A DNA stretch of 64,000 nucleotides from the human T2T-CHM13v2.0 reference genome, Homo sapiens. The notes beneath the pieces are model-generated. The model was not told the DNA's origin. It was given only the letters and a program-made list of their open reading frames with translations, and made no database searches. The stretch's first letter is position 1. Each line of letters starts with the position of its first letter. The position numbers and the translations under genes were made by a program. The stretch lies in NCBI RefSeq assembly GCF_009914755.1, contig NC_060935.1; one strand, written 5' to 3'. Below are positions 43,666 to 58,160 of this stretch, one piece after another.

Positions 43666-44809
43666 AGCCTTCCACTGAGATTTTTAAAATTTTTTCAGTT
43701 ATTGCATTTTTTTTCAGCTGAAAAGCTTCAATTGAGTTTTGTCATTTGGATTTTTCATTTGTTTCAAATATGTTCATAATTACTTATTGAAATGTTTTTA
43801 TGATGATTCATTTAAAATCTTTCTCAGATAATTCTAACATTTCTGTCATCTTGATGCTGGAGTTTATGAATTTCATTTTTATATTCAGTTTGAGCTCCTC
43901 TTGGTTCTTGGAGTGATCAGTAATTTTTGATCGACTCCATGACATTTTGGTTATTATGTTATGAGACCCTGGATCTTATTTAAACCTCCATTTTACATTA
44001 TTTCTTCTGACATCACTCTATTTGGGGAAGGCACAGCCTCATTACTACCAGTTAGGGGTAGGTGTCCAGGTTCTCTACTGGGCTGCCCCCTGACATTACA
44101 GGTAAGTGGGTGGACTCATTAATGCTGGGTGGTTATGAGAGTTCTGACTATTCATATGGTCGTCTACGGTATCATCCAAGAGAAACAGAGGGTCATCCAT
44201 TTTCTGTCTGGTAGGAAATGAAAGTCTAGGTTCCTTACATTGGTCTCCACTGGCATGGCTAAGAGAAGGGAAATTTGTTAGCTTGCAGCAGAGATGAAAG
44301 TCCTGGCTCCCTACTTACTCTTCTCTGATACTACTCTGCCAATGAAGTTGGAATGCTTCCTTATAGTCTAGTGAGAATGAAAGTCTAGTCTCAGCCTTTG
44401 TTAAAATGGCTGGGAGTGGGGCCACAATTTTTTGGTTCTCTTCCCTGTGCTGTTTGGCTGGACTATAGCAGTTATCCAAATGAGCTAGGATGCCCCTTTG
44501 CTGGTTCTTTTGCTAGAGAAAGCAGGCTTTATTTGGTTTTATTTATTTATTTATTTGTCTATGCCCATTAGAATTTCTGGGTTGCTGGCTTTTTTAACTC
44601 CAAGTCTTAGATACGTGAAGCATGGAGAAAATTCAAGGAGCTCATCATCATGTTGTTCCTTGTTCCCAGTTTCCTAGGTTATCTACCTTCTTCTTGCCAT
44701 TTTTCAGAGTTTTTCTATATTTAGTTTATGTATAATGGCCAGGATTTTTATTTGTGCTTGGTGAAAGGAATAGAAAAAGTACTTCTATTTACCTTCTTGA
44801 TTGTGGAAA

Positions 44810-46850
44810 TCTAAACCTAAGTATTTGCGTATGCAAGATCTGTGCTATGATTGGAATGTTTGTCCCCTCCAAAACTCAGGTCACAATTTAATTGCTATTG
44901 TATTGGTATTAAGAGATGGGACCTTGAAGAGGTGATTGGGCCACGAGGGCTTCACCTTTATGGGTGGGATTGATGCTGTTATAAAAGTGTGAGCTTGTCC
45001 CTCTCTTGTTCTCTTTTGCCCTTCTACCTTCTGCCATAAGATGACACAGCAATAAACCCCTCACAAAATGCCAGCCTCTCAATCTTGAACTTCACAGCCC
45101 CCAGAACTATGAGAAAATAAATTTCTGTATACTATACATTACCCTGCCTTGAGTATTTTTTTTTATTGCAGCACAAAGTGGACTCAGGCAATCTGTATGT
45201 TAACAGCTCTAAAACATGGATGAAAGAAGTCTAAGAATACCTAAGTAAATAGAGACATATACAGTATTCATAGATTGGAAGATTCAGTATTGTTAAGATA
45301 TCAGTTCTCCCCAAACTGACTTATAAATTTAATGGAATCCCAGTCAAAAATCTCAGCAGCATTTTTAAATAGAAATCAACAGGTGGATTTAAAATTCATA
45401 TTAAAAGACAAAGAATTTACAATAGACAAATTTTTATGAATAACAAAATTGAACAATTTACACTATTATATTCAAGTCTTAAGATAAAGCTACAGTAATC
45501 AAGACAGTATTGGCAAAAGAATAGACACAAAGATGAAGGGAAAATAATAAAAACTCCAGAAATGGATCCACACATATATTGCCAGTTGGGTTTTATAAAA
45601 GCACAAAATGTGAATCAATGGAGAAGGAATAATCTTTTTATCAACTGGTGCTGGAACAATAAGACATGTATATAAAACAATTGACCTCAATTCTTACCTT
45701 ATACTATACACAATAATTAGTTCAGAATAGATAACTAACTGCAAACCCTAGGAATATAAAACTTATTAACAGAGACATAGGGAAATATATTCATCACTAT
45801 GGATTAAGCAAAGATGTCTTGGGTAAAGCACAAAATGCACAACCCATAAAAATGGATAAAATTTGGAGTTTTTCAAAATTAAAACTTTTGTTTAATGCAT
45901 AGTCAGTATAATAAAAAGACAAGTAACAGACTAAAAAGTATTTGCAAAACACATATTTGATAAAGGTCTTGTATCTAGAATATGTAAAGAACTCTTAAAA
46001 CTCAATACTTAGAAATCAAATAAGCTCCCCCAAAAGAGGCAAAAGATTTGAACAAACACTTCACCAAAGAAGGCACAGAAATGACAAATAGGCACATGAA
46101 AAGAAACTCAGTCTCATTAGACATCAAGGAAATGCAAATTAAAGTCATAGTGAAATACCATTTGAACTTAGATAACCTTAAATGGCTTTAAAAAAGAAAT
46201 AAACCTCATGAGAATATGGAGCAATTTGACCTCTATGTATTATGTTGGAAATGCTAAGTGGTACAGCAACTTCAGAAATCAGTGAAGTTAAATAGTACCA
46301 TATGACCCAGTAAAATCACTCCTGGATATTTATTCAAGTAAAATGAGAACAAATGTTCATACAATGACTTGTACATAAATGTTCACAACGGCTTTATTCA
46401 TTATTGCCAGAAACTGAAAACAGTCCAAATATTTATCAACCAGTGAATAGAGGAGGAAACTGTGGGACACCCACAAATGGAATTCTACTCAGCCATCAAA
46501 GGAATGAATTACTGATACATGTAACAATGTGGATAAATCTCAAAAGCTTTATGCCAAGTCACATTAATCAGACTGCAATGATTACATACTCTATTATTCC
46601 ATTTACATGACATTTTGGAATAGATGTATGTACAGAAAGAAAAAATCTGATAGTTGGTTTAGAGAGGCTTGTGTAGGTGCACAAGGGAATTATTGGTTAA
46701 TGGAAATGTTTGATATCTTGATTATTATTATTATATTGCCCTAATTGCTTCTTGATTATTGTGGTGATTCTTATGCAATGTATGTGATTGTCATAACTTA
46801 CATATTTGTACACTTTCAAAGTGAATATTAAACCTCAATTTAAAATATTC
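44810..46850 (+). mobile_element. L1MC/L1ME1-like ORF2 3' half and 3'UTR
   Basis: attcatagattggaagattcagtattgttaagat...cttcaccaaagaag...aaggaaatgcaaattaaa...attccatttacatga. Confidence 0.88.
44843..45190 (+). mobile_element. MST-family MaLR solo LTR inserted in L1
   Basis: tgctatgattggaatgtttgtcccctccaaaactca...ggactcaggca; perfect TSD atctg (44838-44842 / 45191-45195). Confidence 0.9.
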
Positions 46851-47982
46851 TAATAGTCACCTGGATGTCAGTATTATTGGAAAAATGAATTTTACTGAAT
46901 CAAAATAATGTTAATGAGCATAGAGTTTAAAGCATGGTATTTGTAACTCTTAGTGTTCAGTACCTCATAAGTCATTTAATAACTGTTGAATGAAGTTGTT
47001 GAATGGGATATCAATCTTTCAATCCTGTAGCTGCAGCATCTTATAAGCAAAAGAGTTATGGTTTAACTGAGTATACAGATAACTGTTGGGAAAACAATCT
47101 ACATAGTATGAATAATTTTCAAAGTCAAACACTCTAGGACAGAAGTGTCATTATGAATTATAAAGATCTACTTCTTGTTCACATTTGTATCAGCTAGGGC
47201 ATTTGTATTGACTGATTCTTTTTTTTTTTTTGAAATTTACATGTCAGAAATAATTTATGCATGCAGAAGTAAATGTATCAGTCATTTAATAAACAGTATA
47301 ACAAACTATCAAGAGGTAACTTTTAAGCACCTGGAATATTTTTAGCTCCACTGTGGCTTTCATGAGCTATTTTTCATCACTGGGTTTTATTTTATTTTTT
47401 CATAGTACCGTAGTGTGAAAGTATTAACACTGATAGAGTAGAATATTGTATTAGGGTCTCCTTAGCTCAAAGAGACTTGAATAAATTTCAGCAAGGCAAG
47501 TGCCCATTTGTTATCCTTGGGACTGTCAGTGAAGTCATATATATGAATGTGGAACTGACAGTGTTAGCTGTTGATGAGTTATTCAATAGTAATTCAACAA
47601 ATATTTACTGAGCTCCTTCTCTGTAAATTCTGCAACATGGGCCTCTGAAGACTTCACCCTAGGCATACATGTCTGCTCAAGCTGTTTGCTGCAGTTGCAT
47701 GCTGCCATATGTGGCTATCTGGGTGACTCAACTGCTGCTGCTTATGCAAATTTGTTTTATTTTATGCCTGAAAGAACACAAAGGAGAAAAATGTCAATTT
47801 CATCTCCACCAACACAAAAAGCATTTATGAGTGTCCAGGAACTCCTGGAAGTTGCTAAGGGGACATATAATGTGATAGAAGACAATGGGCTTAGGGATAA
47901 AATCAACTTGAATCTGAACTCCAAGCTATGTGACTATAGTTTGCTTCTCTACTTCTTCTCTACTTTCCAGTTTCCTCATTAA

Positions 47983-48172
47983 AAGAGGGAAAGAGAGAGA
48001 GAGGAAGAGAGAGAGAGAGAAGGTGAGGGAGAGGGAGAGGAAGAGAGAGAGAGAGAAGGTGAGGGAGAGGGAGAGGGAGAGAGAGAGAGAGAAGGTGAGG
48101 GAGAGGGAGAGGGAGAGAGAGAGAGAGAAGGTGAGGGAGAGGGAGAGGGAGAGAGAGAGAGAGAGAGAGAGA
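47983..48172. repeat. Polypurine compound repeat: 36-bp unit x4 plus (GA)n, inside a MIR
   Basis: aggtgaggga starts at 48021, 48057, 48093 and 48129 (period 36); flanks cagtttcctcatt / ataatcacatc are MIR core. Confidence 0.93.
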
Positions 48173-49099
48173 ATAATCACATCTTCCACATGGTATTGTA
48201 AGTGTCAAATATGTGGTATTTTCAAATTGTGTGTGAAAGTATAGAGCATGAGCAATAAATTATAGTTCTGTTTCCCGAGGCATAAACTGTGAGTTAAATA
48301 GAGACAGTTTCTGTCTTTGTGGGTCTTATAATTTGGAGCCTGGAATAATAACATGAATATACTTTGAAGAACACAGACCATAGGAACTGTCTATAAATTG
48401 TCTTCTCAGAGATATATTCCCCATCTCTCTAGAATAATCCCATTGTCCATGTAGTTATTTCTGAGCTTGATAAATTATTGCAGGACCTCACCCAACCATA
48501 CTGGATTTTATTGATTCAGAGAAGGCCCTGACCCAAGGTCTTTTCAACTGGAACAGTCAGTGATAGAAGTTGTATGATGTGAAATCTGGAAGCTCTTTTT
48601 GCTATTTAATCCTTCCAAAATTCCATGAGCTAATTTGGTAGGATTTCTGCCACTTTTGACCAAAGTTAAAACTTCCCTAATTTATAGATAGGAATTATTT
48701 AACATAGATGTGACATTTTCAAAGCTTGACTTTTGGAATAATGGAGTTGAGATTGGCTTGGAGCGAAGAAGCTGGCCTAGGGAGTATATGAGAATTTCCT
48801 AGATCACAAAGCAAGTTCTTAAAGTTATGACTAGTTTTACACCTTGAGATGTTTATTGTACAATACTGCAGTCCATCATGTGATGGCATACCAAAAATAC
48901 CTAGAACAGGGTATGTTTTGGCTGAAAAAAAATTAGGAAAAAAAATAGAAAGCTTTCCCCCTAGCTGACTTGGATGCCACAGATTTGCTTCCTCAAGGTT
49001 ATATTGTGAGAAACCCTGGCCTGTAGAGGAGCATGAGAAATCATGCATCACTTATGCAAAGGTTTTCTATAATTGATTCCCATTTAATCATTGTGTGAC

Positions 49100-49290
49100 T
49101 TTTTTCTTATAGTGTAAGATGCTGAAAAATATTAAAGATATAGAATTAACAGGATTTAATGATTGATTAGATAGATGGAGAGGATGTGGATAAAAGAGGA
49201 GAAGAAATGATAGGCGTATTTCTTGCTTGGATTGAAACATCAAAATATTCTGACATAAAGTACACAGATGGGGCAGGTTTTGGCTTGAAC
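49100..49290 (-). mobile_element. L2 fragment
   Basis: tagaattaacaggatttaatgattgattagat...ggggcaggttttgg. Confidence 0.55.
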
Positions 49291-49971
49291 AGTATCCCTC
49301 CAATCATAACTATGTTCTTTCTGTAAACACTACTCCCTTTCCCAGCCTTGGAAAGTAATGCTTGTAGTATGTTAATCTGCTTCTCTGGGCCATAGTTTAT
49401 TGGAACAAGGATGAACACTTAGACAGAGTTCAAACTATTATATTTTTATGAACTATTATGAAAACTATTATATTTATATGAAATTTGGACCTCGACTTCA
49501 GCTGCACTTGCTGCTGAAACTAAGAATAAATAAATACAAAGGCAGAAGGTACCCTCATCTGTAATATATGGGAGAAACCAAGGAAGCTGGTCTTTAGAGT
49601 GAGAAGAGGAAGATATGCATAGTGAAGCAGAGAAGACAGAGAGAAAGAGAAAATATCCAGTTGTCTTGGTTTCTGCCAGCTTTTCTGTTCCTGGCTTTGA
49701 CCATTGGTTTGTCTGGCTGTTCTAATTATAGTCTCTGTGAAATCTATACTATATTCTTGAGAGGTAAAGGTTAACTTGTCCAAGACTGATTTCTTGCAGG
49801 TTGGACACAGAAAGAAGCTGGCCTCCTGCAAACCTCCATGGAAACCTTTTATGACCTAGGGCTTGAAGCAAATTAACCTTAGCCAAGAGCAAGGCTTGGA
49901 CCCAGCCCTGGTCACACCAGGAGTGGGCCTCCCAATTAGTCACCAACACGGTTGTGTAAAACCTTGCTGCT

Positions 49972-50289
<318 letters not shown>

Positions 50290-50595
50290 CTAGATTACCA
50301 TATTATATGATCACACCAAAAACTTTGACCCATCTAGTCTGTGATCACACCAGAGAACAGGCTGGTTCCCACCCCAACATGAATACTGAGCTGGCAGGAA
50401 GATAACACAGCCCAAGGACTGAAGACCCTTCGCTCTAGTCTGTCATTTGAATTTGTTTTCTATGTCTGTACTGACCTAGAATGCTATGGCAACAGGGAAC
50501 TGGCTTAGCAGCTCTTGCTCCTTTGTCTAAGAGCTTTACCCTGCTGAATACTGCCTCATCAAAACCGTTGTGTTCTTGTCCACTAATTTGTCATC

Positions 50596-50897
50596 TTTTT
50601 TTGTTTGTTTTTTGAGATAGGGTCTTGCTCTGTCACCCAGGCTGGAGTACAGTGGTCCAATCATAACTCACTGCAGCCTTGACTTCCTGGCTCAAGGGAT
50701 TCTCCTGCCTCAGCTTCCCACGTAGCTTGGAAAACAGGTGTGTGCCACCATGGCTGGCTAATTTTTGTTTTAATTTTTGTACAGGGAGGTTCTCACTTTG
50801 TTGCCCAGGCTGGTCTCACACTCCTGGGCTCAAGTGATCTGCCCACCTTGGCCTCCCAAATTGCTGAGATTAGAGGTATGAGCCTCCACGCCTGGCC
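50596..50897 (-). mobile_element. AluJ
   Basis: agggtcttgctc, tcataactcactgcagccttga and ctcctgggctcaagtgatc are J diagnostics. Confidence 0.92.
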
Positions 50898-51086
50898 TGT
50901 TGTTGTTTTTATGATATTTCTTATATCTTCCTCTTTTTGCCTAACATATTTATGATTTCTCTTATTATCTGACCAAAGATTAAAGACAGCAGGGCATAAA
51001 TATAAATGTCTACTCTAATATTCCACATTTAGTAAAGGTCACTCCTATCGATAGCTATGAGTAACTAAAGACAAGAAAATTCCTAA

Positions 51087-51429
<343 letters not shown>

Positions 51430-51840
51430 TATGTGCTTCTTTACAGTGTTTTCTTGCATTGTTCCTTGACTGATAACCTGAAACAATGATTCGAGGAGAT
51501 ACAAAGTTATCTGCATGGATTGGCACTTCCACCAACATCACAGAAATGATCAGGATTTAGAGCTCTTTTTCTAGTATTAAAAAGTCCTGTTGACTTCACA
51601 TTGATCTGTGATCCTGGGGCTCCTCAGTATCCCCTAATTCTATGAAATATTACCACGCTGACAATGAAACCTTAATATGGTAACATCCCAACATGTAAGC
51701 AGGGCATTCTTCATGCATTTACTCCATCTCTTGTGAAGTCCGTCAAGGGTATACTTTATCCAAGTAAGTATTCTATCTTTTAATATAGGGCTACCTCTGC
51801 CTTTTGACATTAGAATAACTTCTCTGTGATCAATAGTACT

Positions 51841-52198
51841 TGTTTTAGTTTGTTCCTTCTGCTACAATAAAATGCCTTAGACTGAGTAATCTATAAACAA
51901 CAGAAATTTATTTCTCACAGTTCTAGAGGCTTGGAATCCAAGATCAAAGCACCAACAGCCTCAGTTTCAGGTGAAAAACTGTTGCTCACAGGTGGCAACT
52001 TCTCTGTGTCCTCATATGGTGAGAGAGTGTAAGGGACCTCACTCAACTCAAGCCTCTTTTAAAAAGGCACTAATCCCATCTGTGAGGGTGGAGCCCTCAT
52101 GACTTAATCACTCACAGAAGGTCCTGCTTCTCAATACTATCACATGTTAAGTTTCAACATACAAATATTGGGAGGACACCAGCATTTAGATAATAGCA
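51841..52198 (-). mobile_element. MLT1A/MSTD-like MaLR solo LTR
   Basis: aacaacagaaatttatttctcacagttctagaggc...ggcactaatcccatc...gagccctcatgacttaatcac; TSD gtact/ctact. Confidence 0.87.
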
Positions 52199-53766
52199 CT
52201 ACTTGTATTACTTTCCTGATAGATATTTTGGATAATTCATCCGCATATCAATTTATTGTTCTATAACCTAAGTGGCTGTACTGGTACCGGTTCAACACTC
52301 ATCACAGACTGGTAGAATTTCCAAGGTGTTGGGCCTGTGGACAGAGGCTGAGGATTCCAAGTGATGGAATCTCTTTCCAATTTTAAACAAATATCATTGT
52401 TTTCTTATGAAAAATGCTTTATGTTAAAAGTAAAAAATTATAAAATAGAGTAGAAATTTTTAAATACTTTAAATCTTACTAAAATATGTGAATTGGTAGA
52501 ATTTTAAGGAAAAAATATATGTCCTTACAGTCTCATACTAATTGCTTCTAGAAATCTACTTTTCCTTTGAATTCATTTTCTTTCTTGCTGTTCATTCTAG
52601 AGTTCTTAGCTGATAGTCTATGGGAAGTAAATGTTTTTAGTCTCTCTTGTTTGGTCTAAAAGTCTTTGTTTTCCCTTCAACCCACTTATCAATAATAATT
52701 TAGCCTGGTATAGAACAGTAATTGTTTCACCATTTTGATGATATTACTATATGACATTTTCTGTTTTGCATGAGAAATATAACATCCATCTGTTGCTCTT
52801 TCCTTTGGCTTTTTATTATGGCAGGGTTTTTTTTTTTAAGTTTTCTCTGGGGTTGGGTTTGTTTGTTTATTTAACTAAGGGAATCATTAGACATGATTTG
52901 AGGGTTTTGTTGTTTTTTTTTTTTTTGGCTTTGTTTTGTTTATACCTTGACATCTATTTCCAAGGATTCAATCTTTCATCAAATTTTAAAAAATGTACAT
53001 GGTTAAGCATTTGAATATTACCTTTTCTTCTAAAAATTGCTCTATGTAACTTGGAGGTTTTTGATACTATTCTTCATGTCTCATAACTACTTTTCCATAT
53101 TTACAATAAATTAAAAAAACTTCCTGTGCTGCTTTCTGGGTGATATACTCAGATCTGTTTTCCTTTTTTAAAAATTAATTTTTTAGTTTATATATACATA
53201 TATATATGTAAGAGTAACAACATGTTATTTTGATATATATATACATGTGTATAGTTAAATGATTACTATAGTCAAGCAAATTAACCTACATATCACCTTC
53301 CATCGTTACTTCTTTTGTGTGTATATGTGATAAGATCATCTAAAATTTACTGTCTTAGCAAATTTCAGTAAATAATACAATATTATTAATTACAGTTCTT
53401 ATGCTGTACATTAGATCTCTAGACTTATTTATCCTACATAAGTTTGTACCTTTGACCTACTGCTCCCCGTTTCCTGCCCATCCCTGCTGCTGGTAACCAC
53501 TGGTCTATTCTGTTTCTATGCATTCAAACTTTTTTAAGATTCTACATACAAGGGAGATCACACAGTATTTTTTTTCTATGTCTGGCTTATTTCACTTTGT
53601 ATGATATCTTCAGGTTTATCTGTGTTGTTATAAATGGAACTATTTTCTTCTATGTATGGCTAAGTAATATTCTATTGTGTGACATATATAAATATATGTA
53701 TATCTCCCTTACAATTTTTTATTCATTTATCTGTATATGAACACTAAGATTGTTTCTATATCTTAT

Positions 53767-53970
<204 letters not shown>

Positions 53971-54756
53971 TTTCGATATCTTATCTATTATGAACAATGC
54001 TCCAATGAACATGGGAGTGCAGATATCTCTAGGAGGTAATGATTTCATTTCCCAAAAGCATATACACAGCAGAGGGATTGTTGAGTCATATGGTAGTTTT
54101 ATCTTTAATTTTTTGAGCAACATCTATACTGTTTTCTACAATAGCCATACCAATGTACACTTCCACCAACAGTGTACAAGTGTTCTTTCTTCTCCACTTC
54201 TTTGCCAACACTTGTTATCACATCTTTTTGATAATAGCCATCCTAACAGGTACAAGGTGATAATTCATTGTGGTTTTGATTTGCATTTTTCTGATGATTA
54301 GTGATGCTGAGCATCTTTTCATATTCCTGTTAACCGTTTATAGGTATTCTTTGGAAATATGTTCATTCAGGTCCCTTGCCCACTTTTTAATTGGATTATT
54401 TGATTCTTTTGCTATTGAGTTATATGAGTTTTTAAATATATTTTGAATATTAACCCTTTATCAGATACATAGTTTGAAAATATTTTCTCCTAATCAGTAG
54501 TCTGCCTTTTCATTTTTTCAATTGTTTCCGTGGCTGTGCAGAAACTTTTTAGTATGATGTAGTCTCACTTGTCTATTTTTGTTTTTGTTGCCTGTGTTTT
54601 TGGTGCCATATCCAAAAAATCATTGCCAAAACCAGTATCAAGTAGCTTTTCACCTATGTTTTCTTCTAGGAGTTTTTGGTTTCAGTTCCTAATTTTGGGT
54701 GTTTGAACCATTTTGAGTTTTTTGTGAATAGAGTAAGATAAATGTCCATTCTCATT

Positions 54757-54785
54757 TGTGTGTGTGTGTGTGTGTGTGTCTGTGT
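54757..54785. repeat. (TG)n microsatellite
   Basis: About 11 pure units plus a short tail. Confidence 0.92.
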
Positions 54786-57700
54786 GGATATCCAGTTTTC
54801 CCAGTACCATTTATGAAACAGAATATCTTTTCTCCACTGTGTATTCTTGGTGACCTTATCAAAAATCGGTTGGCTGAGATGTGTAGTTTTTTGTTCCATT
54901 AAATTATGTCTTTGTTTTTATGCCAATACTATCCTGTGTTGATTACTATGGCTTTGTAATATAATTTGAAATCAGGAAATGTGATGTCTCCACTTTGTTT
55001 TTCTTAAGATTGTTTTGGCTATTTAGAGTCTTTTGTGGTTTCACATACATTTTAGCATTTTTTTTCTATTTCTGTGAGAAATGCCATTGAAATTTTCATA
55101 GAGGTTGTGTGTTATTTTGGATAATATGGACATTTTAACAGTATTAATTCTTATAAATCATAGTATCTTTCCTCAGATCTATTTTTCAATTCAGTAATTC
55201 CCACTCGAGTTGTATCAACACTACTGCTCACTAAATTAGAGTATTATTTTTTAAGTTTCAATCATTATATTGGCATTCTAGGTTTTCATTTCACTGTACT
55301 TTGAATCTGTCATTTTTGCCTCATTAATTCTGTTCTTTTATCTTTTTGAACATTTTGAAATGGTTATCTCAAAATCTCTTTCCAATTTCTCTGTTATCTC
55401 TGGTTCCTTGGGCTTGACTCTTACTTATGACAGCTATCAATATCTCATGGCAATAGATTTACTGTAATCTTTGTAATTTTGTCTCTGGGCTCATCTTCAT
55501 TGAAAATTATCTTCTTCAGGCACCTGTTGTGAGCCATGATAATGGAGATATCCCTATGAGATGGTTTCATGGGAGATTGCTAAGATTCTTTGAGATTCAT
55601 TGTTTCTAGATTTTCCTTTTCAACTCAGGCCATAGCAATGAAAGTCTCTGTGATAGCCTCTGTCAATTTCCCACTGACATCTCTCATTCCCTAGATAAAA
55701 TTACCTAAATTTGTACTCAACTGTTTATTGAATAAAGCAACTATTGCCTGGTGTTACTTAGTCAATGAAAGCTGAAAAAACTGAGAGGAGTATAGTCATG
55801 GCATACTTGATATTTTTTGGTAAGGCAATTTGTTTAGATTGGAGGACATAACTTTGATTATGGCCAGATATATAAGATGGTCAGCTGGCTGCTGGCAATA
55901 AATTGATTTCCCAGGGGTCAAATTAATCAATTAACATTTGCAGCTAAATGCACAGAAGTTAATATTTTTCATTAGTTGTTAAGATAGTTTAATGCAATTG
56001 AAATTTTGATGGCGTTGTTTTTCACCTCATGTTTTATTTTAATGGAAGGTAAAGCACCATTCAGATGGGTTCTAGATAAATCACTGGTGACATAAGATGG
56101 ACATAACCTATGAATAACAGGTTAAAAATAATGTTGATCATAATCATTAAGGTAAGGCTACTTGCTTGTAATTATTTTCCATGTGTTAATGATTTTTAAC
56201 AAGTTCAGCATTTGTTGATCCATTTTATGGAAATAGTTTTTGTGTAAAAACAAAATAGTTGCCATTAAATGTTTCATAGACCTTATAAACAATAAATATC
56301 TGCACTCACAATGTTTTTCTGATAAGGCTGCCAAAGTACCTCACGATCAAATATACTATTAACATTGTTTTGCATGGGGGAGTTAAACTTTAAAAGACTA
56401 AATATAATATTCAAGTTTACATAGCAAATCAGTACCCAAGAGAGAAAATGAGCCCTTCTTGGGCTTCATCCTGTGCTCTGGCCTGAACACAGCATATTAT
56501 CAGCATAAATCTATTCAGAACATCCAGGGCATTCATTAACTAGGTCATGTGGATGTGCCTGGAATGTACAGTGATGTTACTGAGCACTGCGGAATCACAA
56601 ACAGCAACACTGAGTTAAATAGACCATGAAATTTCAAATCTCCAGACTGATAAATATATGTTGCAAAGGGAAAAGGAGATAAAGTTGAGAAGGGCATGTC
56701 CTCATTCTACTAAATTTCAAAGTTTATAAAACCTTTATTTTGATTATTTATAATCTTTGCTTAATCATAATGAAGGGAGCAAACATATTGAAATCATCAC
56801 ATAGAGGTATTGACAAGCAGATATTTTTACTATGTTCAAACAGTGAAGGAAAGGTTTTGATAAAGTGTGGCCATCCTGATCCCCAATTGTTATCAACTGT
56901 TCTTTAGGTAAGCTACCAGACAATTGAAGAGAATAAAGTTGGTATTTGAAATCTCGTGTTTAATTTTTTGCTGTGCTTCTAACCAGCTTTATATGCTTTG
57001 AGCAAGCCATTGGACTAGCAATATTATACATCTTTATTTGGTCAGATGTATTCTTTTGTAAAAAGAAATGCCAAATATTAATTTAAGATTTTAACACATT
57101 TGTATATATAGTATACTTCAATAAAATATTAACAGTAGTTACCTTGGTTTATTTTTAAGTGACAGCATTTTCTTTAGTAAAATTTATATAGTATGATTCC
57201 ATTTTATTTAAAAAAATAAAAAGGCATATTCACATCTATGATAAATTACTGTGCATGCAGGGAGAAAGCTGTAGTAGAATACATACCAACCTGAGGATTT
57301 GACTTCTTTGGAGGAGTGGGAAGAAGAAAATAATTGAGACATTTAAAGAAAATGGTCTATAATATATTGAGCGATGTATGTGTATACACACACATGCAGA
57401 TATATTAACACAGATGTATAATTTCACACATATATGTACATATGAAATGTGTGTATATATTTAAACAATGTATATACACTGCTTTTATTAATTGTAACAC
57501 ATATACCTGCAACCTGATTCTTGAGTAGAGGTATGTGTTTGAAATATTTTCATGTTAACACAAACAGATTTACCTCCCTTTTGGAATCTGGTACTTAGTT
57601 TCCATGTTACTAATTTTCTTAAAGGCACATGTAAATAGCAGACCTGAAATACAAGACTAAACAGTCTGGATTCAGCATTCCTGTTGTTAAAACTGTAGTA

Positions 57701-57824
57701 AAGCTTCCTAGTTGCTGGTTTTGTTGGCCATTGTTCTTCATGTTGATTTTCTTCATGCACCTTGCATGAAAGGAATTTTTTTTGAACTTTTCCTCATCGT
57801 ACCTTTTCTTTGCATGTTGTCTTT

Positions 57825-58160
57825 AAAATTTTTATTTATTCCATGTACCGCAGAACTTAAAGTATAAAAAAAATTATTCATACTTAATAGAGGTACATAT
57901 TTTAAGGCATATATGACAATTTAATAATTCATATAGTTTGTGAAATCAAATAAATGTAATTGGGATATCTATTACCTTAAATATTTGTCTTTGCTTTATC
58001 CTGCATACATTCAAATTATTCTCATCTAGTTATTTTGAAATATGCAATAGATTATTGTAAACTATCATCACTTATCTATCAAATACTAGGTCTTATTTCT
58101 TTTATAATATCAAATTGTGTATTTGTACCTATTAATCAACCTTTCCTCATCCCCCTCTAT
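57825..58160 (-). mobile_element. L1MA (MA2/3-like) 3' end
   Basis: aattgggatatctattacctt...ctagttattttgaaatat...tatcaaatactaggtcttattt...tgtacctattaatcaacct. Confidence 0.82.
57842..57873 (+). mobile_element. Extremely 5'-truncated L1PA insertion (terminal 24 nt plus A tail)
   Basis: catgtaccgcagaacttaaagtataaaaaaaa matches the L1PA 3' terminus catgtaccctagaacttaaagtataataa; flanked by ttattc direct repeats. Confidence 0.8.

Larger units (their letters stand above)
41040..44805 (-). mobile_element. Old LINE-1 (L1MD/L1M4-like): ORF2 pieces, ORF1 and 5' region
   Basis: Antisense L1 motifs (tagaacttccagtacta; tttagaccatttacatttaatgtaatta; tttggggttcactcagcttcttg). Confidence 0.8.

Noticed and set aside
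47926-48244. RE-rich, SL-rich and LP-rich ORFs
   Set aside because: Translations of the GA tandem repeat
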